Positions 25,779-35,361 are shown, counted from the first letter of the stretch. The stretch: DNA of 64,000 nucleotides from Verrucomicrobiota bacterium (GCA_036803685.1 DAIRTX010000010.1:2074-66073), one strand, 5' to 3'. Notes: generated by a model from the sequence alone, not told the origin. Program-made: numbers and translations.

Positions 25779-26705
25779 TTAATTACGCCGTGCAATTAAA
25801 AATCTTTCGCGCTGACTGTAATCCTCCCTCACCGCTTCGACAATCCACTTTTCGGTCTCAAAAATTTTCCGGATGGCGTCGGCCTGGCCGTCGCCGAATT
25901 CCAGCATGATCTTTCCGCCCGGTTTCAGGAACGGTTTCGATTCCATTGCCAGCTTCCGGTAAAAATCCAGGCCGTCCGCGCCGCCGTCCAGCGCCGCGCG
26001 CGGATCAAAGTCGCGCACTTCCGGCTGGAGCGTGGCGATTTCGGCGGACGGAATGTAAGGCGGGTTGCTGATGATAAGGTCGAATTCCATTTTTCGGAGG
26101 GAGCTCCGCGAGCTCCATTCTTCTTTGGGGGAGTCAGGGCGTCGCGGCGCTCCGCCCTCCGATTCATTCTGCAGTGCGGCAAAACCGTTGCTTTGCAGAA
26201 ATTCAACCCGTTCGGCGGCGTTATGTCGTCCGGCGTTTTGTTTGGCCAACGCCAGTGCGTCCGGCGAAACATCCGTCGCCACGACTTTTGCGGACGGACA
26301 TTTTACCGCGAGCGCGATGGCGATGCAGCCAGTGCCGGTGCCGAAATCGAGGGCGGTTGAGGGTTGAGAGTTGAGGGTTGAGAGAAACTGCCACCCGAGT
26401 TCGGCGAGAATTTCAGTTTCCGGACGCGGGATCAGAACATGGCGGTTGACGGCGATTTCCAGTCCGCAAAACGAAGTTGAGCCGGTGATGTGCTGGAGCG
26501 GTTCGCGCTGGCCACGGCGCTTGATGAATTCGCGAAGGCCGTCCGTTTCCGCCGGGGTGAGTGCGCGCTCGAAGTTCAGATACAATTTCATGCGCGGCAG
26601 CTTGAGCAGATGTGCGAGCAGGAGTTCGGTTTGCAGGCGCGGCGACTCGACGCCTTTTTTGGCGAGAAATTCCGTGCTCTTCTGAATCGCCTCAAGAACC
26701 GTCAT
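25779..26705 (-). CDS. prmC: Peptide chain release factor N5-glutamine methyltransferase
   Basis: Start at MTVLEAI (the track ORF extends to 26765). 'DFGTGTGCIAIALA' is the SAM motif and 'IISNPPYIP' the catalytic NPPY. It carries two repeat-derived insertions. Confidence 0.9.
   Translation of the reverse strand: MTVLEAIQKSTEFLAKKGVESPRLQTELLLAHLLKLPRMKLYLNFERALTPAETDGLREFIKRRGQREPLQHITGSTSFCGLEIAVNRHVLIPRPETEILAELGWQFLSTLNSQPSTALDFGTGTGCIAIALAVKCPSAKVVATDVSPDALALAKQNAGRHNAAERVEFLQSNGFAALQNESEGGAPRRPDSPKEEWSSRSSLRKMEFDLIISNPPYIPSAEIATLQPEVRDFDPRAALDGGADGLDFYRKLAMESKPFLKPGGKIMLEFGDGQADAIRKIFETEKWIVEAVREDYSQRERFLIARRN
26094..26162. repeat. 69-bp three-way palindromic element inside prmC
   Basis: Outer stem TCGGAGGG/CCCTCCGA encloses GGAGCTC-cgc-GAGCTCC and GGGCG...CGCCC hairpins. 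It is exactly 23 codons, codon-aligned, and encodes 'SEGGAPRRPDSPKEEWSSRSSLR'. Confidence 0.85.
26355..26384. repeat. Heptanucleotide array (GGTTGAG/AGTTGAG)x4 inside prmC
   Basis: Read directly. It encodes 'LSTLNSQPST', immediately N-terminal to the SAM-binding 'LDFGTGTG'. Confidence 0.9.
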
Positions 26706-26734
26706 ATAAGAAAACCCAAGAACAGGGACCACGT

Positions 26735-27112
26735 TCAAACTTGAGCATCCTGCCGCTTCCGGCAATCATTTCTGACATAAAAAATTATTAAAATATTGCA
26801 GCCCACACAGATAAATCCGAACCATCCGATAAATTGTAAGAACTCAATGAATGGAACGCTCATCTGGAAATTCGACTCGGCAGCGACTCGCTGCAAACGC
26901 ATACCCTCAATCCACTTGTCGGTTGTGAATTGCCACTTTCCACTTTTCACATTCTCGACAAACAGGACAAATTTTTGATCGCTTTCTAGGCGCTCCTTCT
27001 CATGCTTGTGGTATTGCCTGAAGTATTTATTTGATAAAAGCAACGCGCTCGCCGCAAGCATTGCGAAAATTACGCTTGGCATCAATAGGTGTGCGATGTT
27101 TTTTCTGGTCAT
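26735..27112 (-). CDS. Small two-TM membrane protein in an AT-rich islet
   Basis: 125 aa from MTRKNIAHLL (ATG at 27112, inside track ORF 26735..27367). It has N- and C-terminal hydrophobic helices. Local G+C is visibly far below that of the neighbours. Confidence 0.5.
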   Translation of the reverse strand: MTRKNIAHLLMPSVIFAMLAASALLLSNKYFRQYHKHEKERLESDQKFVLFVENVKSGKWQFTTDKWIEGMRLQRVAAESNFQMSVPFIEFLQFIGWFGFICVGCNILIIFYVRNDCRKRQDAQV

Positions 27113-27191
27113 AATTTGAAGTCTATGCTTGAATATTTTTGTGTCCAGAAAATCAGATTCAAGCGACGGATTTCTATTTTCCACCACTGTT

Positions 27192-28061
27192 TCAGCGCGG
27201 TAAATTTCCCACGCCTTTGAGGTAGGTAAAGATGAGTTCGGGCAGGTCGCGGCTGTAACCGCCTTCGAGCAGGCTGAACAGCGGCACGCCGAGCGCGCGC
27301 AGCGACTGGCCGAGCCAGTAAAAATCGTCCACCACCAGCACGCCCTGCACCAGCGGGTCGCGCACATAGGCGTCGAACCCGGCGGACACGGCGACCAGGT
27401 CGGGCCGGAATTTTTTCAAATCGTCCAGCGCGCGGACGAGCGCGGCGCGGTATTCCTGGCGCGGCAAGCCCAGCTCGACGGGATAATTAAAACAGTTATT
27501 GCCGGCATTCGCGCTGCCGGTGCCGGGATAACACGGATGCTGGTGTACGGAAAAAAACGCGACGCCGGGCCGGTCCAGCAGAATGGCTTCCGTGCCGTTG
27601 CCGTGATGCACGTCGAAATCGAAAACAGCGACACGCTTTGCGCCTGTGGCTGCGGCTTCGAGCACGGCGATGGCAACATTGTTCAAATAACAAAAGCCCA
27701 TTGCCCGGTCGCGTGTGGCGTGATGGCCTGGCGGTCGCATCAAACTGAAAACGCTTTCGCCATTGCGCGCGGCGGTCAGCGCGGCGAGTGCGGCGGCGGC
27801 GGATGCGCGGGCGAAACTGGTGATGTTTTCGTAAAACGGCGTGTCGGCATCGAAATCCTCCGGCTCGTTCAAGCGCGCAAGATGTTCAACCGAATGGGCG
27901 CGGAGGATTTGCGCGTCACTCACCCGGCCCGGTTCGGTCCATTCAATGGGTAATTCGGTCTGGTTGCGCAGGAGTTCGAGTGTGGCGAGGATGCGCAGCG
28001 GGCGTTCGGGATGGCCGGGATAGGAATAGCCGGCGCAGCGTTCGTCGGTGATGATTTTCAT
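27192..28061 (-). CDS. Histone deacetylase-family (HDAC/AcuC-like) deacetylase
   Basis: 289 aa. 'RPPGHHA', 'FDFDVHHGNGT' and 'EGGY' motifs. Confidence 0.9.
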   Translation of the reverse strand: MKIITDERCAGYSYPGHPERPLRILATLELLRNQTELPIEWTEPGRVSDAQILRAHSVEHLARLNEPEDFDADTPFYENITSFARASAAAALAALTAARNGESVFSLMRPPGHHATRDRAMGFCYLNNVAIAVLEAAATGAKRVAVFDFDVHHGNGTEAILLDRPGVAFFSVHQHPCYPGTGSANAGNNCFNYPVELGLPRQEYRAALVRALDDLKKFRPDLVAVSAGFDAYVRDPLVQGVLVVDDFYWLGQSLRALGVPLFSLLEGGYSRDLPELIFTYLKGVGNLPR

Positions 28062-28063
28062 GC

Positions 28064-28080
28064 GAAAAATTTAACCACGA
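28064..28080. repeat. 17-nt motif GAAAAATTTAACCACGA abutting a start codon (second identical copy at 54630..54646)
   Basis: An identical 17-mer lies 2 nt upstream of the HDAC-family ATG and 5 nt upstream of the thyA ATG, both on the minus strand. Here it continues into ATTGAACACGAATGAACACGAAT repeats. Confidence 0.85.
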
Positions 28081-28121
28081 TTGAACACGAATGAACACGA
28101 ATTTGTCATCAGGTAAATTTG

Positions 28122-28192
28122 ACCTGGGAGCGCTGGCGTCCCGCCGGCGTGTGACAGTGAAGCTGGCCGGCGAGACGCCGGCGCTCTCAGGG
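28122..28192. repeat. Three-way palindromic element (outer stem CTGGGAGCGC/GCGCTCTCAG; inner GCTGGCG-tcc-CGCCGGC and GCCGGCG-aga-CGCCGGC)
   Basis: Read directly. The inner hairpin core CCGGCGAGACGCCGG is identical to the reverse complement of the truA-tail hairpin. Confidence 0.75.
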
Positions 28193-28301
28193 GCCAATCT
28201 TCGGTTTGCCGCCACCGATCGCGATTTTTATCGGCCCCAAGCCAATTTTTTTTGCAATTGCAGTGGATTCCGTTAGTCTTGAGCGCATTAAAGATTCAAT
28301 T

Positions 28302-29336
28302 ATGTATCAAAAATTACTCACAATTGCAGCGGTGCTGGGCGCGTTGACTTTTAATGCCGGGGCGTGGGATTACGAGGGGCATCACGCCATCAATGAACTG
28401 GCGCTGGCGTCGTTGCCGGCGGATTTCGGCGGGTTCACGCTGACGCCCGCGTTTAAGAACCGCATTGCGTTTCTCGCGGGCGAGCCGGATCGCTGGCGCA
28501 ACGTGGGCGATTTGCCGTTGAAACATTTCAACGGGCCGGATCATTACATTGATTTGGAGGATTTGAAGCTTTACAGCCTGACGCCGGAGACGCTGCCGTT
28601 GATGCGTTACGATTTCGCCGCGGACATCGCCCGGGGGCGGGCGGCGCACCCGGAGAAATTTCCGGCGATTGATCCGGTCAAGGATGCCGACCACACGCGC
28701 GAATTGAGCGGATTTATGCCGTGGGCCATCACGGAATACTACGAAAAACTGAAGTCCTGTTTCAGCTATCTGAAAGCGTTTCAGAAATACGGCGGCACGC
28801 CGGAGGAAATCGCCAATGCCGAGGCCAATATCGTCTATGTCATGGGGGTGATGGGACATTTCGTCGGCGACGGTTCGCAGCCGTTGCACACGACCATGCA
28901 TTTCAACGGCTGGGTGGGCGACAATCCGCGCGGTTACACGACCAGCCTGAAATTTCACGCGTGGATTGACGGCGGGTACTTTCACCAGACCGGCGGAATA
29001 AACGTCGGGAAACTGGCGGGGAAAATTCATCCGGCCGAGCGCATTAAAAATGCGGGCCAGCCGGATGGCATGTTCCGCGACGCCGTGAGCTATATCGTCG
29101 AACAAAACAAACTGGTCGAACCGCTTTATAAATTAGACAAGGAAGGCAAGCTCACCGGCGAAGGGGACAAGGGCCTGGAGGGCCGCGCGTTCCTCGATGG
29201 CCAGCTCGTCAAGGCCGGCCAGATGCTGGGCAATATCTGGTACACCGCGTGGCTCGAAGCCCCGGAGGACCAATATCTCGAAAAGCAATTGCAGGGGCGC
29301 AGTGCGGTGCCGGCGGGAACGGAGAAGAAGCAGTGA
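28302..29336 (+). CDS. S1/P1 nuclease-family zinc enzyme, secreted
   Basis: Start at MYQKLLTIAAVLGAL (signal peptide). The mature N-terminus 'WDYEGHHAINELA' and 'MGHFVGDGSQPLHTT' resemble S1/P1 nuclease motifs. Confidence 0.75.
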   Translation: MYQKLLTIAAVLGALTFNAGAWDYEGHHAINELALASLPADFGGFTLTPAFKNRIAFLAGEPDRWRNVGDLPLKHFNGPDHYIDLEDLKLYSLTPETLPLMRYDFAADIARGRAAHPEKFPAIDPVKDADHTRELSGFMPWAITEYYEKLKSCFSYLKAFQKYGGTPEEIANAEANIVYVMGVMGHFVGDGSQPLHTTMHFNGWVGDNPRGYTTSLKFHAWIDGGYFHQTGGINVGKLAGKIHPAERIKNAGQPDGMFRDAVSYIVEQNKLVEPLYKLDKEGKLTGEGDKGLEGRAFLDGQLVKAGQMLGNIWYTAWLEAPEDQYLEKQLQGRSAVPAGTEKKQ

Positions 29337-29484
29337 GTTAATCCGGTTTGCCCGCCTTCGCTGTTGTTACGGCGCGGCAGCCTTCATTCTCTGCTACGAT
29401 ATGCTGGCTTGCCGAGCCGTAGTTCGGAGCATTTGTGAAAAGTTGTGTGTCGTAGCCCGTCTTCGTTCTACTTCGACGCGGCAA

Positions 29485-29502
29485 CCCCGAAAGCTTTCGG
29501 GG
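29485..29502 (-). terminator. Perfect 18-nt palindrome CCCCGAAAGCTTTCGGGG immediately 3' of tRNA-Met
   Basis: Read directly. The T-run is weak, so terminator function is uncertain. Confidence 0.35.
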
Positions 29503-29503
29503 C

Positions 29504-29579
29504 TGGTGGGCCCGCTCGGATTTGAACCGAGGACCAAGCGATTATGAGTCGCCTGCTCTAACCGCTGAGCTACGGGCCC
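29504..29579 (-). tRNA. tRNA-Met (anticodon CAU), elongator-type; tRNA-Ile2 (lysidine) not excluded
   Basis: The reverse complement is GGGCCCGTAGCTCAGCGGTTAGAGCAGGCGACTCATAATCGCTTGGTCCTCGGTTCAAATCCGAGCGGGCCCACCA. It has a 7-bp acceptor stem, a CTCATAA anticodon loop, a GGTTCAAATCC T-arm and an encoded CCA. It lacks the three G-C pairs of an initiator anticodon stem. Confidence 0.9.
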
Positions 29580-29634
29580 GAAGCGGGAGCATTTTGCGCC
29601 GGGTCGCGTCCGCGACAAGTTTATTCCGCCAACC

Positions 29635-31398
29635 TCAGTCCAAATCCAGGTCTTCAATTTCCAAAAAGCCGTGCAACTGGCGGATGCGCGTGGGGTGGCG
29701 CATTTTGCGAAGCGCCTTGGCCTCGATCTGCCGGATGCGCTCACGCGTGACTCTGAATTGCTGCCCGACTTCCTCGAGCGTGCGCGCGCAACCATCGCCC
29801 AGACCAAAACGCAGTTCCAGAACCTTCCGTTCGCGCTCGGTCAGGCTGCACAACACGTCGCCGAGTTTGTCCTTGAGCAGGCTGAAGCTGGTGATGTCGA
29901 GGGGATTGTCGGCGGCCTTGTCCTCGATGAAATCGCCGAAGTTGGCGTCATCGGTGTCACCGACCGGTGATTGCAGCGAAATCGGCTGCTGCGCCATTTT
30001 CAAAACGGCGCGCACGCGGTCCACGGGGATTTGTATCTCGTCGGCGATTTCCTCCGGCGTGGGTTCACGGCCGAAGTCCTGCTGCAGGCGTTTTTGGGTG
30101 CGCATGAGCTTGTTGATGATTTCGATCATGTGCACCGGGATGCGAATGGTGCGCGCCTGATCGGCGATGCTGCGCGTGATGGCCTGCCGGATCCACCACG
30201 TGGCGTAGGTGGAAAATTTGTAGCCGCGGCGATATTCAAATTTCTCGACGGCCTTCATCAAACCCATGTTGCCCTCCTGGATCAGGTCGAGAAACGACAA
30301 GCCACGGTTCGTGTATTTTTTGGCGATGGAAATGACGAGACGCAGGTTGGCCTCGACCATTTCGGTTTTGGCCTGGAGCGCTCTGGTGGAAAATTCGCGC
30401 AGGCGGTCAAAGGTTCCGTGGTAGTCCGCATGCGGCATCCGGACAAATTCCTCGAGCGCCTTGATTTTTTGCCGTTCGGCTTCGACCAGATGCCGCTGGG
30501 CGCTGGATTCGCGCTGCGCCTCGGCGTCGGCCAGCGCGCGCAGGCTGTATTGCAATTTGTCGTGAATGTTTTCGGCAACGAGCGCCATTTCCTCAATCAC
30601 TTTTTGCTTGCAGCAAAATTCGGGGAACACCCTTTGCAGTTTTCGATCAAGCCGTTTGAACGCCGCCAGCGCGCGATTCTGTTTGGACTGGTTATGCGCG
30701 TTCCGCCACGCGGTGTATTTCTCATCCACCTCCCGGTCAATTTTCCGAACCTGCGCAACCAGCCGGTGCAGCGTGCGCAAATGCGCGTTGCGATTGTCCA
30801 CTTTCTTGTCGAGAATGATGCGGTCAAACCGTTCCCGCGGCGGCTCGACCAGGAGTTTTTCCGCCAGCGCGATGTGTTCCTTGCCGGCGAAACCAAGGCT
30901 GTAAATGATTTTGCGGACTTCGTTTTCGGCGGCTTCGATGCGTTTGGAAATTTCAACTTCCTGTTCGCGCGTCAGCAGCGCCACCTGTCCCATCTGCTTG
31001 AGATACATCCGCACCGGGTCATCAAGAATGTCCAGCCGCGTGGTGTTTTCTTCTTCGGTTCCAGGGGTTTTGACGCGGTCCACCTCCGCTTGATCCACGA
31101 TTTCGATGTCGAGACTGCGAAGTTTGGCGAAAATTTGATCCAACTTTTCCGGTTCAATCGCGCTTTCCGGCAACGCTTCGCTGATGTCACCGTAGGTCAG
31201 ACGCCCCTGTTCCTGTGCGAGGCGGACGAGTTCCTTGATTTTTTCCGAAAATTCCGCGTCTGAATCAGTTTGGAGCGAGCCGTTGAGCAACGGGGACGCA
31301 GCAGAATGGAAAGCCTTGTCAGTGAACACCGCGCCGTCGGGCCTTCCTTTCTTCGGGGACAAATCCGCCTCAGGTTTCCGAACCTTCGATTTTGACAT
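29635..31398 (-). CDS. rpoD: RNA polymerase primary sigma factor RpoD
   Basis: 587 aa. '[27 protein letters not shown]', '[28 protein letters not shown]' and an acidic region 1.1. Confidence 0.97.
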   Translation of the reverse strand: MSKSKVRKPEADLSPKKGRPDGAVFTDKAFHSAASPLLNGSLQTDSDAEFSEKIKELVRLAQEQGRLTYGDISEALPESAIEPEKLDQIFAKLRSLDIEIVDQAEVDRVKTPGTEEENTTRLDILDDPVRMYLKQMGQVALLTREQEVEISKRIEAAENEVRKIIYSLGFAGKEHIALAEKLLVEPPRERFDRIILDKKVDNRNAHLRTLHRLVAQVRKIDREVDEKYTAWRNAHNQSKQNRALAAFKRLDRKLQRVFPEFCCKQKVIEEMALVAENIHDKLQYSLRALADAEAQRESSAQRHLVEAERQKIKALEEFVRMPHADYHGTFDRLREFSTRALQAKTEMVEANLRLVISIAKKYTNRGLSFLDLIQEGNMGLMKAVEKFEYRRGYKFSTYATWWIRQAITRSIADQARTIRIPVHMIEIINKLMRTQKRLQQDFGREPTPEEIADEIQIPVDRVRAVLKMAQQPISLQSPVGDTDDANFGDFIEDKAADNPLDITSFSLLKDKLGDVLCSLTERERKVLELRFGLGDGCARTLEEVGQQFRVTRERIRQIEAKALRKMRHPTRIRQLHGFLEIEDLDLD

Positions 31399-31522
31399 AC
31401 GCGTTCAACACTTCCGGTTCATCACCGAAAGCAAGAAGAAATATGGAACGACCGGTCGAACTCGTCAAGCGGGGAATTTTTTTTTTGCAACCGCGACTGA
31501 AAAAATGCGGCGGCAAAAAATT

Positions 31523-32878
31523 TTATACGTCGAAAGCGATGTAAATTTCGTGTTTTTTGAGATGTTCCAGAATCATTTCCACCGTGCGGTCAATCGCGCC
31601 GAGATTTTCATGAACGACCCGTTGCGCGTTGCGCCCCAACTCCGCGCGGCGGTTTTCATCGGCAAGCAATCCGGCAATGGCGCCTTCCAATCCTTCCGGG
31701 TCGCGTACTTGAATCGCGCCTTTCTGCGCGACAAAACTCCGCGTGATGTCGGCGAAGTTTTGCATGTTCGGCCCCAAAACCATCGCCTTGCCCAGCGCAC
31801 CCGGCTCAATCGGATTTTGCCCGCCGACGGCGGTGAGACTTTTGCCGACGAACACCACCGTCGCGTTTTGGTAAAAAAACCGCAATTCGCCGGTGGTGTT
31901 GACCAGCAAACAATCCACCTCGCCTTCGCGGAACTGCGTGTTCGTAATAATATCATTGCGGTAAATAAATTTCACGCCGCGCTCGTGCAACTGCCGCCCG
32001 ACCTCCCTGGCGCGCTCGAAATGCCGCGGCACGAGCACGAGAAACAGTTTTGGAAACCGCGCGCGCAGCCGTTGTGCAATCTCCGCCAGAAGAATTTCCT
32101 CGCCCGCGTGCGTGCTGCCGCCAATTAAAATCGGCGCGTCCGGTGGCACGCCGATTTGCCGCAGCATCGTTGGCACGTCGAGTGTGCGGCGTTCATTCAG
32201 TTTGGCCGCGTCGAATTTCAAGTTGCCCACGATGCGGATGGCTTCAGGCCGGCAACCGATTTCCCGCAGGCGCCCGGCGTCGGTTTCATTTTGCGCGCCG
32301 ACGCCGGCAAACGAAGCGAAGAGCGGTCGGAATAGAAATCCCAATCGTTTATAGCCCCGATACGAGCGGTCGGACAGCCGTGCGTTGGCCAGAAAAAACG
32401 GGATGCCGAGATCGCGGGCGCGCCAGATGAAGTTGGGCCAGATTTCCGCCTCGACGAGCACGATGGCTATTGGGTTGATGACGGACAGCGCGCGGTTGAC
32501 GTATTTCCGCCGGTCAATCGGATAGTAAATTTTGCTGATGTGCATGGGCAATCGGCTGCGCAATTCGCCCATGCCGGTTGTCGTCGTGGTGGACACCACA
32601 ATTTTGATGTTGGGCACGTGTGGTTCGAGCGCGCGGATGAGTTGCGTGCATAAATTGACTTCGCCGACACTGACGGCGTGAATCCAAATGACATGGCGGT
32701 TGGTGAGCACTTGTTTGAGGCCCGCGCCGTAATGTCCGAAGCGCTCGCGAAAGCCGGGGAGCCAGTTGCCGCGCCGCCACATCCGCATGAAGTAATACGG
32801 CGAAGACAGCACGAAACAAATCGTGAACAGGATGTTGTATAGTATGTGCACCCGAAGTCCCCAATTCCTAACAGGCAT
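31523..32878 (-). CDS. waaA: 3-deoxy-D-manno-octulosonic acid (Kdo) transferase
   Basis: 451 aa. 'VIWIHAVSVGEVNLCTQLIRAL', an N-terminal membrane anchor, and 'GGSTHAGEE' are typical of KdtA/WaaA. Confidence 0.9.
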   Translation of the reverse strand: MPVRNWGLRVHILYNILFTICFVLSSPYYFMRMWRRGNWLPGFRERFGHYGAGLKQVLTNRHVIWIHAVSVGEVNLCTQLIRALEPHVPNIKIVVSTTTTTGMGELRSRLPMHISKIYYPIDRRKYVNRALSVINPIAIVLVEAEIWPNFIWRARDLGIPFFLANARLSDRSYRGYKRLGFLFRPLFASFAGVGAQNETDAGRLREIGCRPEAIRIVGNLKFDAAKLNERRTLDVPTMLRQIGVPPDAPILIGGSTHAGEEILLAEIAQRLRARFPKLFLVLVPRHFERAREVGRQLHERGVKFIYRNDIITNTQFREGEVDCLLVNTTGELRFFYQNATVVFVGKSLTAVGGQNPIEPGALGKAMVLGPNMQNFADITRSFVAQKGAIQVRDPEGLEGAIAGLLADENRRAELGRNAQRVVHENLGAIDRTVEMILEHLKKHEIYIAFDV

Positions 32879-32934
32879 ACTCTCCTGAAAAAAGACGCCG
32901 TGCGCAAAGAAAATGTTTCAAGATGGCAACTTTT

Positions 32935-34221
32935 TCAGCCGCGAAAGAAAATCAGCCAAATGGCCAGCAGCATCGGCAACAGGAAAGGCAGCGTGAATTT
33001 CAAAACGAATCCGGGAAACGTCGGCGTGCGGATTTTCTGCTGATCGGCGACGGCTTTAACCATGAAATTCGGCCCGTTGCCGATGTAAGTGGCCGCGCCG
33101 AAAAATACCGCTCCGACGCTGATGGCCAGCAGGTTCAAGGCGTGCTGGTTCAGCAGTTCGCCAACGTCTTTCGCGCCAATCGCGCCGAAAAGCACGTTGA
33201 GAAAACAGAGATAGGTTGGCGTGTTGTCAAGCACGCTGGACAACGCGCCCGCACCCCAGAAAAAAACCCCGGGCGCGGGGTTTTGGCCAAGCCATTCGCT
33301 CGCGTTTTGATTAAGCCAGTCGAGCGCGGGCATCATCGTCGCAAAAATTCCAGCGAACAAAACAGCGACTTCCCGGATCGGATGAAAATTAAAATCGTTC
33401 GCCGCGTGAACGGACTTCTTCGTCGTGAAATACGAGCCGAGCGCGGCGGCAACCATCAAGGCTTCGCGCAGGAAAACCGGCCTGGTCACAAAAACCGCGC
33501 CGAGAATAACGGCGAGGAAAAACAAATTCGGCAGTCCGTCGAACCGCCACATTTCATGTGCGGTTTCCTGCTCGCGCACTTTGCGCGGCGCCCGGGTGAA
33601 ATTGATCCGGTCCACGACGTAAAACATCGCGAGCAGAATTCCGACGCCCGTCGCCCATATCGGCCAGCAATTTTTTGCGACCCACCAAAAAGGCACGCCC
33701 TGCAAGTAGCCGAGGAACAACGGCGGATCACCGATGGGCGTCAGACAGCCGCCGACGTTGGCCACGATGAAGATGAAGAAGGCGATGTGATGCGCCGTGA
33801 CGCGATATCGGTTCATTCGAATCCACGGGCGAATCAGCAGCATTGCCGCGCCGGTTGTGCCTAAAAAATTGGCGGCAATCGCGCCAATGAACAAAAAAAT
33901 GACGTTGGCCGACGGCGTGGCTTCGCCTTTGACGCGGATGTGAATGCCACCGGAAACGACAAAGAGCGAACCAATGAGCGCGATGAAACTGATGTAATCC
34001 TCGGCAGTCTTGAAGACACGCTCATGGGCCAGCTCACTCTGGTGGCCGGCGAAGCCGAGGAAGTAGTAAACGAGAGTAACCGCTCCCAAGGCGATTGCCA
34101 CCTTGGGATAATGTTTCGACCACCATTTGGCCGCCAGCAACGGTGCGAGCGCCATCGCGCCCAGCAATAGCGCAAACGGCAAAATCATCCACGGATTTGG
34201 CGCGATGACTTCGTGGCTCAT
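32935..34221 (-). CDS. Ion transporter of the ArsB/NhaD/citrate-transporter superfamily (putative Na+/H+ antiporter)
   Basis: Start at MSHEVIAPNPW (the track ORF extends to 34308). About 428 aa, polytopic. Family assignment comes from the overall pattern only. Confidence 0.7.
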   Translation of the reverse strand: MSHEVIAPNPWMILPFALLLGAMALAPLLAAKWWSKHYPKVAIALGAVTLVYYFLGFAGHQSELAHERVFKTAEDYISFIALIGSLFVVSGGIHIRVKGEATPSANVIFLFIGAIAANFLGTTGAAMLLIRPWIRMNRYRVTAHHIAFFIFIVANVGGCLTPIGDPPLFLGYLQGVPFWWVAKNCWPIWATGVGILLAMFYVVDRINFTRAPRKVREQETAHEMWRFDGLPNLFFLAVILGAVFVTRPVFLREALMVAAALGSYFTTKKSVHAANDFNFHPIREVAVLFAGIFATMMPALDWLNQNASEWLGQNPAPGVFFWGAGALSSVLDNTPTYLCFLNVLFGAIGAKDVGELLNQHALNLLAISVGAVFFGAATYIGNGPNFMVKAVADQQKIRTPTFPGFVLKFTLPFLLPMLLAIWLIFFRG

Positions 34222-34377
34222 ACGCCGAAAGATTGCTTCGGCGCACCAAAGCGGGTCAAATAGAAACGACCCGAATTTACTTGAAATTGCGTCCCGGTTT
34301 GACAACAATCCACTTATTCATTAGTTGTATGTGGTTTTACCTGAACTGGGAAAAGATTAATTGCTGAATTTGCGTTT

Positions 34378-35361
34378 ATGAAAATGTCCGTTTTGAAATT
34401 GATTCGTTTGGCTGCATTGGCTGTCGGAGCGTCTTTGCCGTTGGCGTTGCCGCAAAATGTATCGGCGACGGAAAACGTCCCGCAGGCGCCGTTTGCGGAA
34501 TGGGCGGATTTGCCCGCGCCAGGGCAGTTGGTCGCGGGATTTTTTTATGACGAATCGGAGTCATATCACATCTGGGCGAACGGCGGACAGCGCTACAATG
34601 TTGACAATCTAAAAAACGGAGAGCACTACGGCATTGATGTCAACCAGGGTTACCTCACATTTCAATACGGCATCGCCGAAAAATGGGCGGCGGATTTGAA
34701 TGTCGGTGCGACAACGGCAGGCTGGCGCACTTTTTCAAACGACGGCACGCCGGGCACAATCCGGAAAACGACGGGCTTGATGGATATCGCGTTTGGGGTG
34801 CGTTACCAGATTTTTAACGAGAACGACACGAATTTGCCGCCGTGGACACCGACGTTGACATTCCGCGCCGGCGCAGTGCTGCCGGGCGGTTACACTCAAA
34901 ATCTGCCGTTTGCACCCGGCATTCGCTCAGCGGCAATTGAGCCGGAATTTCTGGCAAAAAAACATTTCGGCTGGCCGGGTTTCGGCGCCTATGGCGACGC
35001 GTTGTATCGTTGGAACCGCACGACCGGAAACGACCAGGCCATTTTTTCATTCGGATTTTTCCAGCAAATCAAAGGCTGGGAACTGGACGCAGGATATCGG
35101 CGTTTGCAAACCGTCAACGGCACCGGCCTCTTGTATGATCCCGGAACCCAGACGCTTTCCACCAGCGACGGCTCGAACGCTTTTTCCGGGTTGCGCGAAA
35201 TCAACGACTCCGTCGAGGCCGGTTTCAGCTACACGACCCCCAAACGGCACATCAAGTATTCGTTTTACACCCGCACCGTTTTCGACGGCAACAACAGCGA
35301 CCAGAAATTCTGGATTGGCGGCGGCATCGCAATGCCCTTCCAGCTTTTCAAGCGCGATTGA
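34378..35361 (+). CDS. Putative outer-membrane beta-barrel protein
   Basis: 327 aa with a signal peptide and alternating aromatic/Gly-rich beta-strand pattern ('YLTFQYGIAEKWAADLNVG', 'LTFRAGAVLPGGY', 'FYTRTVFDG'). No family recognised. Confidence 0.55.
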   Translation: MKMSVLKLIRLAALAVGASLPLALPQNVSATENVPQAPFAEWADLPAPGQLVAGFFYDESESYHIWANGGQRYNVDNLKNGEHYGIDVNQGYLTFQYGIAEKWAADLNVGATTAGWRTFSNDGTPGTIRKTTGLMDIAFGVRYQIFNENDTNLPPWTPTLTFRAGAVLPGGYTQNLPFAPGIRSAAIEPEFLAKKHFGWPGFGAYGDALYRWNRTTGNDQAIFSFGFFQQIKGWELDAGYRRLQTVNGTGLLYDPGTQTLSTSDGSNAFSGLREINDSVEAGFSYTTPKRHIKYSFYTRTVFDGNNSDQKFWIGGGIAMPFQLFKRD

